64,000 nt of DNA from an uncultured Gemmatimonadaceae bacterium. GTDB taxonomy: Bacteria; Gemmatimonadota; Gemmatimonadetes; Gemmatimonadales; Gemmatimonadaceae. Numbering within the stretch: position 1 is the stretch's first letter; the number at the start of each line of letters is the position of its first letter. Positions 58,863-64,000 of this stretch are shown in pieces. Under the pieces are notes generated by a model. It saw only the letters and a program-made list of their open reading frames with translations. It was not told where the DNA came from and searched no databases. The translations under genes and the position numbers were made by a program. Location of the stretch: positions 1,632,001-1,696,000 of the forward strand of contig CAWFQK010000004.1 of assembly GCA_963817955.1 (NCBI GenBank), written 5' to 3'.

Positions 58863-61547
58863 TCAGGATGCCTGTAACGCCACGATCGGCGCCACCCGCA
58901 TCGCGCGCCGCGCCGGCACGAGCGTCGCCAACAGGGCAACCATTCCGAGCAAACCAACGACCGCGCCGAGCGTGAGCGGGTCCGTCGGCGCCACGCCGAA
59001 CAACTGCTCGCGGAGCAGGCGCGCTGTCAGCAGCGAGAGTCCCACGCCAAAGACCGCGCCGAATGCGATCGGAGCGAGACCGCGACCCAGCACCAAGCGC
59101 CAGATGTGCTTCGGCAACGCGCCGAGTGCGACGCGTACGCCGATTTCCTGGGTGCGTTGGCTGACGAAATACGACACCACACCATAGATGCCGACGGCCG
59201 CCAGGAGCAGCGCGATCACGCCGAGCGTCGAGAGCAGGAGCGTATTGAATCGCTCGGTTGCGAGAGACGCGGCCAGGAATTCGTCCATGGTGTGCGAGCT
59301 CGCGTATGGCAGCGACGCGTCCACGGACATCACACCGTGATGAATCGCCTTGCTCATGGCACCGGCGTCGCCGTTGGTCCGCGCGACGAGAACGAGCGAT
59401 CGTTGAATTGCCGGCCACAGTTCCGCGGGGGTCTGCGTGAAGGGCAAATACAACGTCGGTTCGACGGGTTGAGTCAGTGAGGCGTCATGCACGTCACCGA
59501 CGACACCGATGACCTCCATCAGGTTCGGTCCTGGATGAAAGCTCAGCGCGTCGATCCGTTTACCGATTGGATTCTGGCCAGGCCACAGCTTGGTCGCGAG
59601 AGACTTGCTGACGAGCGCGACGAGTGGCGCACCGGCGGCGTCCGTCGGTCGAATGTCTCGGCCGCCAAGGATGGGAATCCCAAGCGTCGCAAAGTAATTG
59701 GGTGAGGTAAGACGAAACGCGACGCTCGATCGCTCGCCATCAGGTCTCGCGGAGCCCTCGACGTCGGCGCTGGTATTCATGTGTCCTTCGTTGGACAGCG
59801 GCGCAACCGAAACGAGCGCGGTCGACCGCACGCCCGGCACGCGCGACGCCGCCTCTTCTATTCGGCGATAGGCATTGAGCACCTGCGCCGAATCGGGATA
59901 GCGCGTGCCGGGCAGCAGCAGCCGAGCCGCGAAGACGTTGTGCGCCGAGAAGCCGGGGTCAACGTGCTGCGCGCTCCACGCGCTGCGGATGAGCAGGCCG
60001 GATCCAGTCAGTAATGTCATCGCCAACGCGACCTCCGCGGCGACGAGCGTCGCTCGCAGCCGGTCGCGGCCGCCGCCGCTCGACCAGCGGCCACCCTCGC
60101 GCAAGCTCGCCTGAAGCGCCGAGTCCGCGCCGCGCACGGCGGGCAAGAGACCGATGAGCACACTCGTCACGACCGCTACGGCCATCACGAAGGCGAGCAC
60201 CGCGCCGTTCATGCCGGCTTGATCGAGCCTCGGCACTTCCTGAGGCGCGATCGCGACGAACCCTTTGAGCAGTGCGAACGCCACGCCGACTCCGCAGACG
60301 GCGCCGGCGAACGTCAACATCACGCTCTCGACGAGCAGCTGACGAACGAGACGCGCGCGACCGGCGCCGAGCGCCGCCCGGATCGCGAGCTCCTTGGCGC
60401 GCACGGTGCCGCGCGCCAGCAGCAGATTCGCCACGTTCACGCAGGCGATCAACAGCACGAACGCCACCGCGCCAAGCAGCACGAAGAGTCTCCCACGATA
60501 GTTGACCACGAGCTGATCGCGGAATTCCTGGACGTTCATGCCGTGGCCCCCGCCCACGACGGGGTTGGCACGTTCGAGCGTGTGCTCGGCCGCGCGCGCG
60601 GCGGCAGCGGCCTGGCCGATTGTAACGCCGGGCTTGAGGCGGCCGATCAGCGCAAGAAACCCGCTGCCGTATTCGGTGCGCTCCGCGCTCGTGAGCTGCA
60701 TCGGCACCCAGAGATCGTTGCCATTGCGGAGCATGTCGAACGACGCCGGCATCACACCGATCGCGGAATACGCTTCGCCATTCAACTGAATCGTTCGACC
60801 GAGCACGGTGCTGTCGCCCGCCAGGTCTCGCAGCCACATCCGGTGGCTGAGCAGGACCACGTGCGGTGCTCCCGGCTGGTCATCGCTCGGGAGAAAGCCG
60901 CGGCCCAGGATTGGTGAGGCGCCGTACACGTGCAGAAAGTCGCCGGTCACCTTACCGCCGCCGATCACCAACGGCTCGTTGCCGTGAAGGTAGGTGAACC
61001 CGAAACCGTCGATCGTGGCGGCCGCCGCATCGAAGATCTGTGACAACCCGCGCATCGCCGAGAACTGTGCGCCGCTGGCCGCGCCGACTTCGGCGCCCTG
61101 CTTCGTGGGCGTGATGGCGACGATGCGCTCGGGGTGCGGGAAGGGCAATGGCCGCAGCACCACGGCGTCGAGCACGCTGAAGATGCACGCCGTGGCGCCG
61201 ATGCCGAGCGCGAGCGTGCAGATCGCGATGCACGTGAAGAGCGGCGCGCGGCCGAGCTGTCGAAGCGCGAACGACGCGTCCTGTCGCAGCTCATTCCAGT
61301 ACTCGGCGCGCGAGCGACGCTGATCTCGCTCGCGCGCCAGACGCCGGCACGCAGCGTCGATGTCGGCACGATTGCCGAAGCGGCGCTGGGCTTCGGCGCG
61401 TGCGTCGGAGTCGCTCATGCCGCGCCGTACGAGATCCTTCATCGTCATCTCCAGATGAAATGCCAATTCCGCGGCGACTTCTTCGTCCACCGATGTGCGG
61501 CTTCGCGGCAGGCGGAACTCTGTCCGGCGGGCGTGGTCGCGAGGCAT
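58863..61547 (-). CDS. ADOP-family duplicated ABC permease with N-terminal prefix domain
   Basis: 'VDEEVAAELAFHLEM..RRFG', 'QDASFALRQL', 'IACVNVANLLLAR..ELAIRAALGA', 'QRTQEIGVRVALGA'. Confidence 0.93.
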   Translation of the reverse strand: MPRDHARRTEFRLPRSRTSVDEEVAAELAFHLEMTMKDLVRRGMSDSDARAEAQRRFGNRADIDAACRRLARERDQRRSRAEYWNELRQDASFALRQLGRAPLFTCIAICTLALGIGATACIFSVLDAVVLRPLPFPHPERIVAITPTKQGAEVGAASGAQFSAMRGLSQIFDAAAATIDGFGFTYLHGNEPLVIGGGKVTGDFLHVYGASPILGRGFLPSDDQPGAPHVVLLSHRMWLRDLAGDSTVLGRTIQLNGEAYSAIGVMPASFDMLRNGNDLWVPMQLTSAERTEYGSGFLALIGRLKPGVTIGQAAAAARAAEHTLERANPVVGGGHGMNVQEFRDQLVVNYRGRLFVLLGAVAFVLLIACVNVANLLLARGTVRAKELAIRAALGAGRARLVRQLLVESVMLTFAGAVCGVGVAFALLKGFVAIAPQEVPRLDQAGMNGAVLAFVMAVAVVTSVLIGLLPAVRGADSALQASLREGGRWSSGGGRDRLRATLVAAEVALAMTLLTGSGLLIRSAWSAQHVDPGFSAHNVFAARLLLPGTRYPDSAQVLNAYRRIEEAASRVPGVRSTALVSVAPLSNEGHMNTSADVEGSARPDGERSSVAFRLTSPNYFATLGIPILGGRDIRPTDAAGAPLVALVSKSLATKLWPGQNPIGKRIDALSFHPGPNLMEVIGVVGDVHDASLTQPVEPTLYLPFTQTPAELWPAIQRSLVLVARTNGDAGAMSKAIHHGVMSVDASLPYASSHTMDEFLAASLATERFNTLLLSTLGVIALLLAAVGIYGVVSYFVSQRTQEIGVRVALGALPKHIWRLVLGRGLAPIAFGAVFGVGLSLLTARLLREQLFGVAPTDPLTLGAVVGLLGMVALLATLVPARRAMRVAPIVALQAS

Positions 61548-61584
61548 CAGCGGGTGCGGTGGGTGGTGAAGCGCGCCGGCCGCG

Positions 61585-61905
61585 TCAGGTGCCGGGGAGG
61601 AGGATCGGCGTCACGAGCGCGACGAACTGGGCGAAGTCGCTCGCCTGAGCCTTGAGCTGGCGACGACCTTTCGGCGTGATCGTGTAGAACTTGGCTTTGC
61701 GTCCCAGCTCCGAGGTCCCCCATTCCGCCTCGATCCATCCATCGCGTTCCATGCGATAGAGTGCGGGATACAGCGAGCCTTCTTCGACGCGGAGCTCGTC
61801 GCCGGTGCGTTCGTGCAACCAGCGGACGATGCCGTAGCCGTGTCGTGGTCCGAGCGACAGCGCCTTGAGGACGAGCGCGTCGAGTGTGCCGTAGAGAGCG
61901 TCCAT
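61585..61905 (-). CDS. PadR-family transcriptional regulator
   Basis: 'GTLDALVLKAL..HGYGI..EEGSLYPALYRME..GRKAKFYTIT'. Confidence 0.94.
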   Translation of the reverse strand: MDALYGTLDALVLKALSLGPRHGYGIVRWLHERTGDELRVEEGSLYPALYRMERDGWIEAEWGTSELGRKAKFYTITPKGRRQLKAQASDFAQFVALVTPILLPGT

Positions 61906-61960
61906 ACGCGAACCAGTAAGCGTTGCGGAGAGAGTGGTGAAACCCGCGAGGAGGCGATGC

Positions 61961-62006
61961 CCTAGATGTCTAGGACTATGGTAGCGTGGATGCCTAGCTG
62001 TCAAGG
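61961..62006 (-). promoter_or_regulatory. PadR promoter with two operators
   Basis: CCTAGA-TG-TCTAGG (61961-61974) and CCTAGC-TG-TCAAGG (61993-62006); the second contains the minus-strand TTGACA. Confidence 0.75.
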
Positions 62007-62069
62007 CCTCATGGGGGCGACGCCTCTCGTAGGCGAGTTCGAGGGATATCTCCCGGGGCTTGCCGGCTA

Positions 62070-62085
62070 ATGCTAGTACTAGCAT
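62070..62085. promoter_or_regulatory. Operator of the RelE/XRE toxin-antitoxin locus
   Basis: Perfect 16-bp palindrome ATGCTAGTACTAGCAT ending 8 nt before the toxin ATG. Confidence 0.75.
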
Positions 62086-62093
62086 ACTCCGGC

Positions 62094-62474
62094 ATGGCCG
62101 ATCGTCCCCCGCTAAAGCCGGTCGAGTGGATGGGCTCCTCGCTCGACGACCTGCGCGACTTCCCCGAAGGGGTCCAGGACGAGGTCGGATACGCGCTCTA
62201 CGCCGCGCAGCGTGGGGAGCACCCGCCGTAGGCCAAGCGGCTCAAAGGCGACCCCGCAGGCCTAATCGAGCTCGTCGAGGACTTCGACGGCAACACCTAT
62301 CGCGCGGTGTACACGGTGAAGCTGCGAGGGGCCGTGTATGTGCTCCATGTCTTTCAGAAGAAATCCACGCGCGGGATCGCCACGCCCCGGCACGAAATCG
62401 CGCTGATCAAAGAGCGCTATGCTCGCGGGCGTGAGCATCACGCGACGCACTACGGTACCCTGGAGGATCGATGA
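62094..62474 (+). pseudogene. RelE/ParE-family (Gp49-like) toxin with in-frame TAG; absent from the ORF track
   Basis: MADRPPLKPVEWMGSSLDDLRDFP..GYALYAAQRGEHPP*AKRLKG..TYRAVYTV..VYVLHVFQKKS; TAG at 62229-62231. Confidence 0.88.
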
Positions 62475-62818
62475 CAGCGAAGAAGACAGCGGCCCAGAAG
62501 GCCATCCCAGTGACGCGCGGCAGCGGCAACGTCTTCGCCGATCTCGGACTCGCGAATCCCGAGGACCGGCTCGCCAAAGCAGAACTCGCGCTCGCTATCT
62601 CGCGCGCGATCAAGGAACGCGGGCTGAGCCAGCGTGAGGGGGCAACGCTGATGGGGATCGATCAACCGAAAGTCTCGCACGTGCTGCGCGGCCGGCTCGC
62701 CGATTATTCCACCGAACGGCTGATGAATTTCCTCAGAGACCTCGGCCGTGATATCGAAATCGTCGTGCGCCCGGCGCCGAAGTCGCGGAAGCGCGGCCGG
62801 CTGCACGTTGCCGCGTAA
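62471..62818 (+). CDS. XRE-family HTH antitoxin
   Basis: 'GSGNVFADLGL..KAEL..GLSQREGA..GIDQPKVS..STERLM..LGRDIEIVV'; ATGA overlap with the toxin. Confidence 0.92.
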   Translation: MTAKKTAAQKAIPVTRGSGNVFADLGLANPEDRLAKAELALAISRAIKERGLSQREGATLMGIDQPKVSHVLRGRLADYSTERLMNFLRDLGRDIEIVVRPAPKSRKRGRLHVAA

Positions 62819-62883
62819 CCACGCACGCAACGACGAGCACTTGCGCGTTTCGCGGCCCAAGACTGCACCGCTGGCCCTGACAG

Positions 62884-64000
62884 CTACAGCCGCGGCACGC
62901 CTGCCCTCGCGCGCAGCCCGCGTACGAGGTCATCGTACTGGCGCTCATCCTCCGCCGCCTGCTCCGGTGACTGCACCGCCCAGCGTGGATCGGTCAGGTG
63001 CTGGTAATGGAGCCGCTCGATGGTCTCGAGTCCGGCGCCGTCGTTTACGAGCGTCTGGAGCAGGCGTGCGAACGTCAGCCCCTTGGGGAAGCGCACAACC
63101 CGCTGCATCGCGACGTCGCGGCCGGCGAAGAAGTCAGCCGAGGATACAGGGGCCGCCAAATCCGGGGCGATCCATGGCCGCGATTCGTCGGTCGTCCAGT
63201 CGCGCCAGTAGACCGTCGAGATGCGCGTCACGAGACCGCTGTTCGGCAGCGTGATTCGGTGCGGGTCGCCCCAGGAACTCGGAGCGCCGCTCGTCGGCTC
63301 GCCGACAAAGAGCGCGTTCGACAGCCGCTCCATGTCGCTCGCCGCGTTCACCGCCGCCGAAAACGTGTCGCGGTCGATGAGGGTGAACGTGGCGCCCAGG
63401 CGGTCGAAGGACCCATTGCGGATGATCTCGAGCAGCAAGGCGCGGAACTCCTGATTGTTTCCGCCATGACAGCCGCGAAGGTCCAGGACGAAACGGTCCA
63501 CCGGAGTCGCCCGGTTCGCCGCATCGAGCCGCGCCGCGAACAGCGCCACCGACTCGTCCGGTGTGCCGCCGATCACGTGTACGCGGACGACGAGCGTTCG
63601 CGAATCCATGAAATACTGCATCTCCATGTTGTGTTGCGCCGTCGCCATCATGGTGGTCGACGAGCCGGCCCGATCCACCCACGTCGGCTCGTTCCCGCTC
63701 GCGATCGGCGCGAGCACGACAGAGTCGTGCGATCCATCTGGCCGCTCGAGTTCGAGCGCCACACGGTCGGCGCTCGCCACGATGCCCGTTGACGACAGCA
63801 CCTCGGCGGCCGTGGCATACTGCGGGGCGTTGAGTCGGAACCCCATGTCATTGTCGCGGCTGACGAACGGCTGGATTGCGAGCAGCGCACTATCCACCGG
63901 ATGTCCACCGATTCCGACCACCCGTGCGCCGACCAGCCGGCGCCATTCCGGCGTGCTGGCGATGATGAACACGCCGTCGGTGAACCAGCGCAAGCGGACC
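62884..64000 (-). CDS. S41-like peptidase domain protein (5' end outside window)
   Basis: 'VLDLRGCHGGN', 'TFSAA', 'FVGEPT', 'ITLPNSGL', 'IAPD'. Confidence 0.75.
   Translation of the reverse strand, partial: VRLRWFTDGVFIIASTPEWRRLVGARVVGIGGHPVDSALLAIQPFVSRDNDMGFRLNAPQYATAAEVLSSTGIVASADRVALELERPDGSHDSVVLAPIASGNEPTWVDRAGSSTTMMATAQHNMEMQYFMDSRTLVVRVHVIGGTPDESVALFAARLDAANRATPVDRFVLDLRGCHGGNNQEFRALLLEIIRNGSFDRLGATFTLIDRDTFSAAVNAASDMERLSNALFVGEPTSGAPSSWGDPHRITLPNSGLVTRISTVYWRDWTTDESRPWIAPDLAAPVSSADFFAGRDVAMQRVVRFPKGLTFARLLQTLVNDGAGLETIERLHYQHLTDPRWAVQSPEQAAEDERQYDDLVRGLRARAGVPRL

Noticed and set aside
37724..62231. Amber recoding (pyrrolysine or alternative code) suggested by two in-frame TAGs at 37724 and 62229
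   Set aside because: TAG ends intact genes at their expected C-termini here (ICMT 'PFVW*' at 48991, CDF at 35507, protease at 31817), and no pyl genes are seen. Single substitutions (GAG>TAG, TCG>TAG) explain both.
27800..64000. Prophage, ICE, integron or IS origin for the accessory region
   Set aside because: No integrase, transposase, terminal inverted repeats, tRNA att site or regular attC-like sites were recognised.

Overview
GC-rich bacterial DNA. The gene content (SusC/SusD pair, PadR with duplicated 'ADOP' ABC permeases, BlaI with an M56-TonB-plug fusion, carboxypeptidase-regulatory-domain proteins) suggests a Gemmatimonadota-like organism; this is an inference. I saw no rRNA, tRNA, CRISPR array, integrase or transposase. 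The region 1-27.8 kb holds intact transport, peptidase and signalling genes: SusC/D, a YtrA-ABC-S9 operon, hemerythrin/diguanylate cyclase/EF-hand/ApbE/kinase, NhaP, MFS, M61 and MacAB-TolC. The region 27.8-64 kb is a decaying accessory region with six toxin-antitoxin loci, many internally deleted or nonsense-interrupted genes, a 21-bp tandem array, and an HNH-MazG-SauUSI-like defence operon. The best candidate for an undescribed system is the minus-strand operon at 41715-48438. It encodes three cohesin-like proteins (two are lipoproteins, one on a long Ig-repeat stalk) and a secreted beta-propeller protein ending in a dockerin, which suggests a cellulosome-like surface assembly in a diderm. 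A second candidate is a signal-less ApbE beside an EF-hand protein carrying a TGAS flavinylation-like motif. All family calls come from reading motifs by eye; no database searches were run.
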